DNA of 64,000 nt, taken from NCBI GenBank assembly GCA_013390945.1, contig JACAUC010000003.1, positions 5,274 to 69,273 on the forward strand, in the 5' to 3' direction. Source of the stretch: Candidatus Chloroheliaceae bacterium (GTDB lineage: Bacteria > Chloroflexota > Chloroflexia > Chloroheliales > Chloroheliaceae). Position numbers and translations under genes: made by a program. Positions 40,028-49,268 of the stretch are shown here, in pieces. How positions within the stretch are numbered: the first letter of the stretch is position 1; every line of letters starts with the position of its first letter. The notes under the pieces are model-generated. The model saw only the letters and a list, made by a program, of their open reading frames with translations. It did no database searches and was not told where the DNA came from.

Positions 40028-41224
40028 ATGCAGACCGAATCAAGCATTTTAGAAGCTGCCAAGCAATCAAACTCAACAACCCAACGCTTTGTTTCTATTG
40101 TGGTGCCTTGTCTTAATGAGGAGATGGTAATCGGTGAATTTGTAGATTGGTGCTTTGAAGGCTTGAAGGCCGCTAACGTGGCAGGTGAAGTGCTAATTAT
40201 AGATAGTTCCACCGATAAATCACCTGAAATCGCCGAGGCCCATGGAGCGCGTGTCTTGCGAGTGCCTAAACGTGGTTTGGGTCACGCCTACCTAGATGCT
40301 TTACCCCATATTCGGGGCAATTATGTGATTATGGGCGATGCCGACCTCACTTACGACTTCCGCAAAATTGCAGATTTTGTGGCTAAGCTCGATGAAGGTT
40401 ATGAATTTGTTATGGGTACGCGCCTAAAGGGTTATATTGAACCGGGTGCTATGCCTCCACTTCACCGTTATTTTGGCACACCACTTACCACTATAATTCT
40501 AAACACTATTTATCATTCAAAATATAGTGATATTCACTGCGGTATGCGGGCTATGACTCTAAATGCGCTTAAACGCATTGATCTGCAATCTACTTCTTGG
40601 GAATATGCCTCGGAGATGGTACTCAAATCTTCCTTACTGAGGTTGAAGACTACTGAAATCCCGATTAACTTCTATAAAGATCGTGAGGGTCGTCAGAGCC
40701 ATCATAAGCGCAGTGGTTGGTTTTCACCTTGGTTAGCCGGGTGGATTAATCTCAAGGTGATGTTTTTATTTGCCCCAGACTTCTTTCTATTTTGGCCTAG
40801 CATTGTTATGTTGGTGTTGGGTTTGGTGGTAGTATTAGGTGTGTCTCAAGGCCAGGTTACGATTGGGCAATTAAGTTTTAATCTACACTGGATGCTTTTT
40901 GGTATGACCCTTTCCACACTAGGCTATTCGGCTCTCCATTTGGCCCTTTTAGCTAGGGCTTATCACAATTTCAGGCCGAAGGCTACCGCCCGGATTACAC
41001 GTTTCTGGACCTATAATCGGGGTATGCTGGGTGGTGGTTTGGTGATGTTTATAGGCTTTCTACTCGATTTAACTTTAATGTTTGAGTGGATCGGTAATGG
41101 ATTACGCCTGACCCAAATCTCTTATATAGGTGTGCTTGGACTTTTGCTACTTATTTTAGGCTTTCAAACTATCACCCATACGCTTATTTTACAAATGATC
41201 TTGCACTATCAGCGCAGATCTTAA
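40028..41224 (+). CDS. GT2-family glycosyltransferase with a C-terminal multi-TM domain (polyprenyl-phosphate sugar synthase-like)
   Basis: VSIVVPCLNEE, IIDSSTD, a MGDADLTYD (DxD) motif, and four C-terminal TM helices. Confidence 0.8.
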   Translation: MQTESSILEAAKQSNSTTQRFVSIVVPCLNEEMVIGEFVDWCFEGLKAANVAGEVLIIDSSTDKSPEIAEAHGARVLRVPKRGLGHAYLDALPHIRGNYVIMGDADLTYDFRKIADFVAKLDEGYEFVMGTRLKGYIEPGAMPPLHRYFGTPLTTIILNTIYHSKYSDIHCGMRAMTLNALKRIDLQSTSWEYASEMVLKSSLLRLKTTEIPINFYKDREGRQSHHKRSGWFSPWLAGWINLKVMFLFAPDFFLFWPSIVMLVLGLVVVLGVSQGQVTIGQLSFNLHWMLFGMTLSTLGYSALHLALLARAYHNFRPKATARITRFWTYNRGMLGGGLVMFIGFLLDLTLMFEWIGNGLRLTQISYIGVLGLLLLILGFQTITHTLILQMILHYQRRS

Positions 41225-41244
41225 GATTTAAACTAGGGAAACTT

Positions 41245-41853
41245 ATGCGTCAGGAAGCATTTGGTCAGAAAAAGCTGACTTTTGTAGACCGTTTTGGAGT
41301 TTATCTTTCACAAGAGCCTATTTTTAAGGTAGTGCGGTCTTACCAACACCCAAGCCTCTTAGATATTGGCTGTGGTTATCAAGCCCATCTGCTTCAAAAT
41401 TTGCGACCCTTAATCGAACAAGGAGTCGGTGTGGATGTACAGATCAATCCCTCTGCCAGAACCATCCCAAATTTAAGCTTTTATGAGCAACCCATTGAAC
41501 AGGCTTTTGACCAGTTGAAGGGTCAAGCTTTTGATATTGTAATGATGGTGTCGGTGTTGGAACATCTGGTTGAGCCACTCGATGTGTTGAGAGCATGTTA
41601 TGGCTTGTTAAAGCCGGGAGGCACTTTAATTTTGAATGTTCCAAACTGGCGTGGCAAATTTTTCCTTGAATTATCGGCTTTCAAATTAGGTTTGAGTCCT
41701 GCCTATGAAATGGATGATCATAAAATGTACTATGATAAACGTGATCTATGGCCTTTGCTGGTACGCGCAGGCTTCAAACCTAGTCTTATCCACTTGAAAT
41801 ATCATAAATTTAGCCTGAATTTATTTGCTACTGCCCAAAAGGGCAAGAAGTAG
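41245..41853 (+). CDS. class I SAM-dependent methyltransferase
   Basis: LLDIGCGYQAHLL motif I, MVSVLEHL, LKPGGTLILNVPN. Confidence 0.75.
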   Translation: MRQEAFGQKKLTFVDRFGVYLSQEPIFKVVRSYQHPSLLDIGCGYQAHLLQNLRPLIEQGVGVDVQINPSARTIPNLSFYEQPIEQAFDQLKGQAFDIVMMVSVLEHLVEPLDVLRACYGLLKPGGTLILNVPNWRGKFFLELSAFKLGLSPAYEMDDHKMYYDKRDLWPLLVRAGFKPSLIHLKYHKFSLNLFATAQKGKK

Positions 41854-42820
41854 ATTCGTTTTGCCAACATCTGAAACCAATTTAGCTGAACCCACTGCAC
41901 GTCGGTTTGGTCTTCAGCCTTATCTGCCCTTGATGGCCCTAACTACTATTATATGGGGCGCGGCTTTTCCAATTACTAAGCCGGGCCTAGCCGATATGCC
42001 TCCGGCTACTTTTGCCTTTTTGCGCTTTGTAATTACCCTAATAATTTTGTTGCCACCGCTCTTTATCTTGCGCGGAGGTTGGCATATTTCCCGGCGCGAT
42101 TGGGGACGGGTGGCTTTGGCGGGTTTAATGGGCTTTGCCCTGATCCAGTTGGGTCAAAATTGGGGCTTGATCCTTAGCCTTGCCAGCGATATTTCTGTTT
42201 TAGCGGCGACCGAGCCGATTTCAATAACTCTGTTGGCGGCGTTTCTGCTGGGCGAGAAGCCTAACCGGGCAGTTTGGTTGGGTTTGCTAGTCAGCTTAGC
42301 TGGAGTTTTGCTGGTCATTGGAATCAACCCCCTAGATTTATTTAGCGCAGGCGGAGGCGCGAAAGGGGATAGTGGTAGTCGGATTTTGGGCGATTTAATC
42401 TTTCTCTTTGGCACTTTGGGTTGGGCTGCTTATAATGTAATAACCCGTAGCCTCTCCCGCCGCTATAATGGGTTGGAGATGTTGACTGGGGCACTCATCT
42501 TCGGGTTGCTCGGTTTGGCTCCCTTTAGCCTGCTTGAACTAACTGTAATGGCTCAGCCGATACGTTGGAGTGGAGCGGTAGTGATAGGTTTGGTCTATTC
42601 GGCTTTGTTGGTCACGATTTTTGGTTTTTTGGCTTTGTCATGGTCACTCAAACGGGTTCCGGCGGCAAAAGTGGCCCTGCTCTTTTATCTTCAGCCGCTT
42701 TCTGGGGTATTGGTGGCGTGGCTAGGTGGTGAACAATTGTCGTGGAATTTTGGGGTAGGCGCACTTCTGATCTTAGCCGGGGTCTATCTGGCCGAACAAC
42801 TCGGTCAGATAGAGGGCTAA
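41825..42820 (+). CDS. EamA/DMT-superfamily transporter
   Basis: Ten predicted TMs arranged as two EamA repeats. The track start overlaps the upstream gene by 29 nt. The ATG at 41933 (MALTTIIWGAAFPITK) is a plausible true start. Confidence 0.75.
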   Translation: MLLPKRARSRFVLPTSETNLAEPTARRFGLQPYLPLMALTTIIWGAAFPITKPGLADMPPATFAFLRFVITLIILLPPLFILRGGWHISRRDWGRVALAGLMGFALIQLGQNWGLILSLASDISVLAATEPISITLLAAFLLGEKPNRAVWLGLLVSLAGVLLVIGINPLDLFSAGGGAKGDSGSRILGDLIFLFGTLGWAAYNVITRSLSRRYNGLEMLTGALIFGLLGLAPFSLLELTVMAQPIRWSGAVVIGLVYSALLVTIFGFLALSWSLKRVPAAKVALLFYLQPLSGVLVAWLGGEQLSWNFGVGALLILAGVYLAEQLGQIEG

Positions 42821-42856
42821 TCTGCTCTATTTTGGAGGGCTACCTATTTTGCATCA

Positions 42857-42957
42857 TCTTAATAGGTAGGGGTTGTAGGCTGGCCTATTGAAACCAGTTT
42901 ACATAAACCCGCCCACTTTGGGCGTATGCAATACACCCCTACCCAGATTCTTGAGAT
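42857..42957. repeat. MITE-like palindromic intergenic element, copy C
   Basis: ATCTTAATAGGTAGGGGTT ... core GGGCGTAT-GCA-ATACACCC (42920-42938) ... CTACCCAGATTCTTGAGAT. It has the same orientation as copy B. Confidence 0.55.
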
Positions 42958-42963
42958 GATACT

Positions 42964-44457
42964 CTATTTTAAGCCGTACACCGCCACCCAGTGTTCATAT
43001 AACCTTGCAACCCTAAATCCTGTTACTATCAGATGACCCTCGGCCACAGCCAAGTGTTGAATAGGATATTCCTCCTTACTAGTAACGTCTAATTTATGTA
43101 CGATCTTACCTGTAGTAGCCTGCAAAGCATAAACGTTGTTACCTGCTGCAATAAACAGTAAATCATTGGTTAGGGCAGCAGAACTGAGAGCTTCAAGTGG
43201 TTGTTGCCAGAGTACTTTGCCTGTGGCTAAGTCTAGGCTGTAGACCATGTTGGTATTATTGAAAGTAGAAACAAATACCTGTGTACCGTTGGTGGCTAGA
43301 AGTCTACCTGAACCAGCGTTATCAGGGGTTTTGCTCCATTTGAGATTACCTGTCGAAGCGTCATAAGCATAAAATTCAGACTTCCGAGCGGAAACTATCA
43401 CTGTTCCATTAGCTGCCATTATGTCCCGTCCCAAAGAATCAGAGTAGGGTAAATCTTTGTGCCAGACCTCCCGCCCACTATTCAGGTCATAAGCTATTGC
43501 TGTTGGTGTATTGAGGATTGCTAGATTACCTGCTACCACCCAATCTTCCCAATCTCCTGCCAAGCCTCCATTGGCAGATCTTGAGTCAGTAGGTGTAGTT
43601 TTACCTAGTTCTTTGACCGACCATTTAACCTGACCGTTTTGAGCATTAAAAGCATAACCCACAAGGTCCTTCTTTTCCTCACTAAAAGTGCTGGTCAGTA
43701 CCAAATTATTAGCCTGAACTATCTGGCTTACCGAGTTATTGTCTGACCCTTGATGTGGTACACACGAAACTAAGCTACCACTTAGCAGGTCATAAGAAGT
43801 TAAACACCGACCTTTATCCTGTTTGGTATAAAGGAAAAGCAGTCCACTGCTGAGAATAGCAAAGGGTTCCAAATACTCAGACGCGATGTAGGTGGAGAAG
43901 GGTTCCGAATTAGACCCGACATAGGTGGCTGCTGGTTCGCCCGTGTTAATTTCATAACTTTGCAATTGCCCATTTGAATTACTTGATATTACAAACCCAT
44001 TCCACACGAGTGTGTAAGTTGACGGCGTACCCATTATCCACTTTTTAGCCAGTGAACTGACGTTAGCTGCCGTAAGCACCTTCTCATTGGGGTTGTAGTT
44101 AGTGTTACTAGCATCGTGGTTTACGTTCCACCAATCGGATAGGCTAGAGAACGAATTACCACCAATCGGTTGCGCGGTTGAAGCTGGAGCAGTGGCGATA
44201 GGTCGTATTGGAGTAACGGTGGCAACTTGGGTTGGGGGAATTGGAGTAGCCTTAGAGGTGTTGGGGGCTTGGGTAGGTAAGATTGAAGTAACTGTAGAAG
44301 TGTTAGGGGCTTGGGTAGTTGCTACAGCAGTAGTTATTACTGCTAACGGGGTTATAGTTGGCACAGAATTGGACTGTTCGCTGCCACACGCCGCTAGGAG
44401 CAAGCCTAGCATTGTGAAAACCATTAGCAGGTGTGGTACACGTTTAGGGTTCACCAT
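42964..44457 (-). CDS. PQQ-like (BamB-type) beta-propeller lipoprotein, paralogue 1
   Basis: Lipobox LLLAAC, a Thr/Pro-rich linker, then repeated G.(V/L)(K/L)W(S/Q) blade motifs (GQVKWSV, GREVWHK, GNLKWSK, GKVLWQQ). 497 aa. Confidence 0.65.
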   Translation of the reverse strand: MVNPKRVPHLLMVFTMLGLLLAACGSEQSNSVPTITPLAVITTAVATTQAPNTSTVTSILPTQAPNTSKATPIPPTQVATVTPIRPIATAPASTAQPIGGNSFSSLSDWWNVNHDASNTNYNPNEKVLTAANVSSLAKKWIMGTPSTYTLVWNGFVISSNSNGQLQSYEINTGEPAATYVGSNSEPFSTYIASEYLEPFAILSSGLLFLYTKQDKGRCLTSYDLLSGSLVSCVPHQGSDNNSVSQIVQANNLVLTSTFSEEKKDLVGYAFNAQNGQVKWSVKELGKTTPTDSRSANGGLAGDWEDWVVAGNLAILNTPTAIAYDLNSGREVWHKDLPYSDSLGRDIMAANGTVIVSARKSEFYAYDASTGNLKWSKTPDNAGSGRLLATNGTQVFVSTFNNTNMVYSLDLATGKVLWQQPLEALSSAALTNDLLFIAAGNNVYALQATTGKIVHKLDVTSKEEYPIQHLAVAEGHLIVTGFRVARLYEHWVAVYGLK

Positions 44458-44565
44458 TGGTGTAGGCTATCCTTCCTGTTTTAGGGTTGACTTGTGATTC
44501 CAACATTCTATCTGACCGAACAATACTGTCAGATAGCGAAAATAGATTAGAAACGTGCGGCTACA

Positions 44566-46062
44566 CTATTTTAGGCCGTACACAAATGTCCGGTATTGAT
44601 CGCCACTCTTTCCTGTTACTATTAGATGACCTTCGGCCACAGCCAAGTGGCTAATATAATCTCCTACTTCTGTGAGGTCTAATTTATATAAGAGCTTACC
44701 AGTGGTAGCCTGTAAAGCAGAAGCGGTGTTGCCTGCTCCGATAAACAATAAATCATTGGTTAGAACCGCACTGGAAGCTTCACGTGCAAGTGGTTGTTGC
44801 CATAGTAATTTGCCAGTGGCTAAGTCTAGGCTGTAGGCTGTTTCTGAACTGCTAAGTAAACGTGCGTCAGTTTTACTGTAGGTTTCATTGTGGGTGGAGA
44901 CGAATACCTGTGTACCGTTGCTGGCTAGAAGTCTACCTGGACCAGCGTTATCAAGGGTTTTGCTCCATTTGAGATTGCCATTCGTAGCATCATAAGCCGT
45001 AAATGGAAGATTATCCACTCCACCACCCCTCTCGTAAGCTACCAATGTGCCATTAGCTGCCAGTATTTCCCGCCCAATACCAGTGAGTAACTTTTTGCGC
45101 CAGATCTCCCGCCCACTATTCAAATCGTAAGCTACTGCTTCTGATGACTTGAGAATTGCCAAATTACCTGCCACTAACCAGTCTCCTCCGTAGCCTCCAA
45201 AGGGAATATCGCCACTCGCTTTGACTGACCATTTAACTTGACCGTTTTGAGCGTTAAAAGCATAAGCCACTGGGTCTTTCTGTTCCTTATTGAAAGTGCT
45301 TGCCAGTACCAAATTATTAGCCTGAACAATTTGGCTTACCGAGTTGTTGTCTGACCCTTGAGGCGAAACACAGGAGACTTGGTTACCACTCAGCAGGTCA
45401 TACGAAGCTAAACACTTGCCCTTGTCTTGGTTGATATAAACCAAAAGCCGTCCGGTATTGAGAATAGCAAAAGATTCCGCACCCTCAGTCCCAGCGTAGG
45501 TGGCGGCTAGTTTGCCCGTATCAATCTCATAACTCTGAAGCAGACCTTTTGGATTTCTTGAAATGACAAACCCATTCCAGACCAGCGCATAACGTGAGGA
45601 TGTATCTATTGTCCACTTTTTAGTCAGTGAACTGACGTTAGCTGCCGTAAGCACCTTCTCATTGGGGTTGTAGTTAGTGTTACTAGCATCGTGTTTTTCG
45701 TTCCACCAATCGGATAAACTGGAAAAGGAATTACCCCCAAGCGGTTGCGTGGTTGAAGCTAGGGCAGTGGTGGTAGGTAGTATTGGAGTAACGGTGGCGG
45801 GTTGGGTTGGTGGGATTGGAGTAGCCGTAGAAGTGTTGGCAGGTTGGGTTGGTGGGATTGGAGTAGCCGTAGAAGTGTTGGCAGGTTGGGTAGTAGTTAC
45901 GGAGGTGGTTGTCGCTTGAGCAGTGGTTGCCGAGGTAGGTATTGTTGCCCCCGGAGTTGTAGTTGGAACAGCATTGGACTGTTCGCTGCCACACGCCGCT
46001 AGGAGCAAGCCTAGCATTGTGAAAACCATTAGCAGGTGTAGTACACGTTTAGGGTTCACCAT
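44566..46062 (-). CDS. PQQ-like (BamB-type) beta-propeller lipoprotein, paralogue 2
   Basis: Same architecture as paralogue 1. The signal peptide is almost identical (MVNPKRVLHLLMVFTMLGLLLAACGSEQSN), as is the conserved block GGNSFSSLSDWWN.KHDASNTNYNPNEKVLTAANVSSL. 498 aa. Confidence 0.65.
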   Translation of the reverse strand: MVNPKRVLHLLMVFTMLGLLLAACGSEQSNAVPTTTPGATIPTSATTAQATTTSVTTTQPANTSTATPIPPTQPANTSTATPIPPTQPATVTPILPTTTALASTTQPLGGNSFSSLSDWWNEKHDASNTNYNPNEKVLTAANVSSLTKKWTIDTSSRYALVWNGFVISRNPKGLLQSYEIDTGKLAATYAGTEGAESFAILNTGRLLVYINQDKGKCLASYDLLSGNQVSCVSPQGSDNNSVSQIVQANNLVLASTFNKEQKDPVAYAFNAQNGQVKWSVKASGDIPFGGYGGDWLVAGNLAILKSSEAVAYDLNSGREIWRKKLLTGIGREILAANGTLVAYERGGGVDNLPFTAYDATNGNLKWSKTLDNAGPGRLLASNGTQVFVSTHNETYSKTDARLLSSSETAYSLDLATGKLLWQQPLAREASSAVLTNDLLFIGAGNTASALQATTGKLLYKLDLTEVGDYISHLAVAEGHLIVTGKSGDQYRTFVYGLK

Positions 46063-46113
46063 TGGTATAAGCTATCCTTCCTGTTTTAGGGCTAATTTTT
46101 GATTTTAGAAGAG

Positions 46114-46545
46114 TTAATCCTCTCTAGCGTGGGCTAGGCTACTGGCAACCAGTTCACGAATGTGTTGATCTATCAGAGAATAGCGCACCCGTTGTCCTTG
46201 CCGCTCCGCTCGTACAATCTGGGCCGAACGCATTAATCGAAGCTGGTGGCTGATAGCCGACTGGCTAAGCGTTTGTCCAGTCTTCAAGCTATTTAACAGA
46301 GCCACAAGATCGTGAACGCAGAGGTCACGCTCTAGGAGGGCCACCACAATTCGTAGTCGGGTGGAGTCGCCCAATAATTTGAAGAGTTCCGCCATCCGAC
46401 CATAAGCCTGAGCATCGGGTAGGCGTTGGGCAATTTCGGCTAATTCTTGTGGGTCAACCGAATCGCTTAAACAGATTTCGTCCTGAATCTGAATTGCCCC
46501 AATCTCTTCCAGTTCTACCGATTTCTGATTTATTTCTATATCCAT
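46114..46545 (-). CDS. ArsR/SmtB-family metalloregulatory transcriptional repressor
   Basis: ELFKLLGDSTRLRIVVALLERDLCVHDLVALL ... SQSAISHQLRLMRSAQIV ... GQRVRYSL. The preferred start is the MDIEINQ ATG at 46545, after an agaggga RBS. The track ORF extends to 46689. Confidence 0.85.
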   Translation of the reverse strand: MDIEINQKSVELEEIGAIQIQDEICLSDSVDPQELAEIAQRLPDAQAYGRMAELFKLLGDSTRLRIVVALLERDLCVHDLVALLNSLKTGQTLSQSAISHQLRLMRSAQIVRAERQGQRVRYSLIDQHIRELVASSLAHARED

Positions 46546-46729
46546 CTGATTAATCCCTCTTGAACAAAGATATGAATAGATACTCATATCTTTTGCAGGA
46601 ATTATAGAACTGGACTTAGTTTCTGTCAAGTTAACTAACTTGGCAGTATGTGGCAAAAAATCCTTCAATAATTGGAGGTAGGGACACATTTAAGCATGTT
46701 GGATACCTTCAATGTGCCTCTACAAGGTG

Positions 46730-48271
46730 TTATCGTTTTGGTGGTGAAATTGGAGTTTTTGGCATTGGTGCTGGTGCTTTGGTGGGGGTATTGGTTTTAA
46801 CCGGAGCTTTAGTTGGAACTTTAGTGGGCGCGGGCTTCTCTGTACTGCTTGTATCTGCGGTTGGAGTGTTATTGTTTATAGCCGCTTTGGGGGCTGCTAA
46901 TATTTTATTGGCAAAGGTGGTTACTGTATCGTCGCCTGTGATACCTAGGGTTGGCTGGGTAAAGTAGCTGCTGGGTGTCCAGCCATAGCCACCATTAGTA
47001 GTGACCGCCACTTCATAGCCAGCCTCTTGGACCAGTCGCAGAATAGTCGGGCCATATTTACCGTAGGGATAGGAAAAGTCGCGTACCGGATGGCCTAGCA
47101 TCGTCTCCAAATCCAGTTTGCTGCCTTTGATCTCGCCCTCCAAATCCTTTGAACCGCGTAAATCGGGATGGGTGCGGGTGTGGGCTGCTACTTCAAAGCC
47201 ATCGGCATCTATCTGTTGCCATTGGGCAGGTGTTAGTTCAAGGCGTTGGCTAATTACATAGAACGTAGCGGTCATACCCCGCTTTTTGAGTTCCTCGTAA
47301 ACGAACCACATACTACTATGCCCATCGTCAAAGCGCAGGTTAACTGGCTTACTAGGCAGGGCGACCCCATAGCGCAAATAGTCATTAATCTGGAGGGCTG
47401 TGACGGTATTGTAACCGTTTTGTTTAAGCCAGTCGGCAAATTTCACAAAATTTTCAGGTGTTACCGAAAGGCCAAAGCCGAGCGGGTCTTTTTTAATGTC
47501 TACTACCCGCACATAATGGATCATCAGCGAAGGTATTCGTACTGATCGAGGCTGATTTAGATTGGCGAGAGGTACGCGCTCTAGCTCGGCAGAAGTAACT
47601 TGTTCCCCGGCCTGTTTACGCCCAAGTTGACCGATTTGTACGGCATTATTTGTTTTGGCTAAGTCTGGATGATATTCCAGCCGAGCGTATTCAAAATATT
47701 GTACGGTAATTTTTTGGCCTTTGGCATCGGTCTCCTCCATCTCTTCGCTGATGGGCAGACCGAGCGAATCCCGCTCCCCATGGTTGCGCCAAAATTCGAG
47801 GAAGCCAAAATTAAGGCTATGGCTAGTTTCGGGAAAATACCATTGGTTAGGATTGTTGGGGAAGGGGGTGACGGTCTCGAGGTTGCGATTGGCGGTATCC
47901 AATACGCCTAGCGGGAGTTGCTTGACCTCATATTCCGTTCCAGCATAATTCGGGTTAAATTCCAAGACACTACGCTCAAAAAACTGTTGATACTTGCCCT
48001 TAACCGAAATCAATTCGGTAAGGGGCAGCCCGTGTCGTTCCTCTCCGCCCGTGCGGTTGTAGAAACCTAGCACCACACCACCAATACTATGTCCAGTTTG
48101 GTCGAAATAGCGGGGTTGGCCCGGTATTTCGGCGGCGGCTTGAGCCGTTGGAGCCGCGCTAGTGGCTAAAATACTTCCGAAACTAACCAATAGTGCCAAT
48201 CCTAGCAAGGTAAAAGTTTTAGACTGGATTGACGATATATAACTAACCCATCGGTGTTTATTAACGCGCAT
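46730..48271 (-). CDS. secreted polysaccharide deacetylase (NodB homology domain) with N-terminal LGFP-like repeats and a C-terminal Thr/Pro/Lys-rich tail
   Basis: Signal peptide, then two G(L)P(L/I)(T/S).E ... QYFE..R.E(F/Y) modules. NodB motifs are LRFDDGHSS and AAHTRTHPDL. The tail is TPTADTSSTEKPAPTKVPTKAPVKTNTPTKAPAPMPKTP. Confidence 0.8.
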   Translation of the reverse strand: MRVNKHRWVSYISSIQSKTFTLLGLALLVSFGSILATSAAPTAQAAAEIPGQPRYFDQTGHSIGGVVLGFYNRTGGEERHGLPLTELISVKGKYQQFFERSVLEFNPNYAGTEYEVKQLPLGVLDTANRNLETVTPFPNNPNQWYFPETSHSLNFGFLEFWRNHGERDSLGLPISEEMEETDAKGQKITVQYFEYARLEYHPDLAKTNNAVQIGQLGRKQAGEQVTSAELERVPLANLNQPRSVRIPSLMIHYVRVVDIKKDPLGFGLSVTPENFVKFADWLKQNGYNTVTALQINDYLRYGVALPSKPVNLRFDDGHSSMWFVYEELKKRGMTATFYVISQRLELTPAQWQQIDADGFEVAAHTRTHPDLRGSKDLEGEIKGSKLDLETMLGHPVRDFSYPYGKYGPTILRLVQEAGYEVAVTTNGGYGWTPSSYFTQPTLGITGDDTVTTFANKILAAPKAAINNNTPTADTSSTEKPAPTKVPTKAPVKTNTPTKAPAPMPKTPISPPKR

Positions 48272-48511
48272 TAAATATTAGACCTCGAAAGGGTTTTCGC
48301 GGCGATTTGGCTGTTTAAAGGTAATTGGTGATCTGACCTCACGCTACTTGATCTGAGCCAAAACCCACTCCCCATAATAATCGAAATGGCTAAACTTCCA
48401 AGTTAAGGTTTTAGTTTTGAGCTATTAAAAATCCAATCTGATTATAGCATATTGGGGCCGGAATTTGGCAAGTTTTTTAGAGAATAAAGGGTGCTAAACC
48501 TGTTAGGAAAT

Positions 48512-48541
48512 AAAAAACTAAAAGCGGTCCTTGACCGCTTT
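48512..48541 (-). terminator. rho-independent terminator after the ferredoxin gene
   Basis: AAGCGGTC / GACCGCTT 8-bp stem with a 3-nt loop. An A-run on the plus strand (48512-48517) gives a U-tract on the minus-strand transcript. Confidence 0.6.
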
Positions 48542-48583
48542 TTAGCTTAATCTATCTGGTTAACTCTTTCCGCCAAGTTTAGA

Positions 48584-48886
48584 TTAATCGGCGGAACGTT
48601 TCTCCGGGTAGAGTTTATCTATCTGGGTGCGGGCCTCTTCCTTATTTTTGACAGAGAGCCGAGCAATTGAAACAAACGTCTTCCACTTGTCGGGTACTTC
48701 TTCTTCGGCGAAAATAGCGTTTACTGGACATTCCGGCTCGCAGGCTCCACAATCAATGCACTCATCGGGATGAATGTAGAGTACGCGAGCATCCTTGCCA
48801 TCTTCATAAATGCAGTCTACCGGGCAGACGTTGACACAGGACTTATCCTTGACATCTACACACGGTTCGGTAATAACGTAAGCCAT
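48584..48886 (-). CDS. fdxA: 7Fe ferredoxin ([3Fe-4S][4Fe-4S], FdxA type)
   Basis: [26 protein letters not shown] ... [17 protein letters not shown]. The Cx7Cx3CP plus CxxCxxCxxxCP pattern and the ~100-aa length are typical of Azotobacter/mycobacterial-type 7Fe ferredoxins. Confidence 0.85.
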   Translation of the reverse strand: MAYVITEPCVDVKDKSCVNVCPVDCIYEDGKDARVLYIHPDECIDCGACEPECPVNAIFAEEEVPDKWKTFVSIARLSVKNKEEARTQIDKLYPEKRSAD

Positions 48887-49192
48887 TACAGAAACTCCTC
48901 TTTTCTAAAAAGTTTAATTTAATCTATTTTGTCAAAATTCTATTTTTGACACGTGTTACTACTAGGAATGGTCAAACCATTACTGGGGTACGAATAGCAT
49001 CGCTTTGAGATGGTGAGATCATACCACACTTGCAATATAAATGGCAAGCTCTCTTTTAAAACTGATAACTGGTACTAGGAAATTAGAGTATCTTCATCAA
49101 TATCGTTTTTACGCGACTCACCCGAGCCAAGTAGACCACGAAATCTTTTTCGGAAGCTTTTAGTGATGATTTGGTAAATTCAATCTTAATAT

Positions 49193-49259
49193 AATACCTC
49201 GTCAAATCATTTGACGAGGTATTGAATAATAACCGATTAAATTAAACCGGTTATTATTC
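49193..49259 (-). terminator. two tandem perfect hairpins immediately downstream of bchD
   Basis: Hairpin 1 is AATACCTCGTCAAA-tca-TTTGACGAGGTATT (49193-49223, 14 bp). Hairpin 2 is GAATAATAACCG-N12-CGGTTATTATTC (49224-49259, 12 bp). AU-rich sequence follows on the minus strand. Confidence 0.5.
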
Positions 49260-49268
49260 TTGCTTTAT

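Noticed and set aside
44102-46967. ORFs 44102-44497, 45677-45919, 45731-45994, 45802-46002 and 46650-46967.
   Set aside because: They lie antisense or out of frame to the Thr/Pro-linker regions of the PQQ lipoproteins and the deacetylase tail. They are compositional artefacts. The same applies to 61316-61804, 61988-62326 and 62064-62255 inside the M23 peptidase gene.
48584-48886. The ferredoxin as the missing FA/FB subunit (PscB/PsaC/PshB) of the reaction centre.
   Set aside because: Its first cluster motif is Cx7Cx3CP (a [3Fe-4S] site), typical of 7Fe FdxA-type ferredoxins. It is not a 2x CxxCxxCxxxCP protein, and it lies 8 kb from the RC gene in a separate transcription unit.
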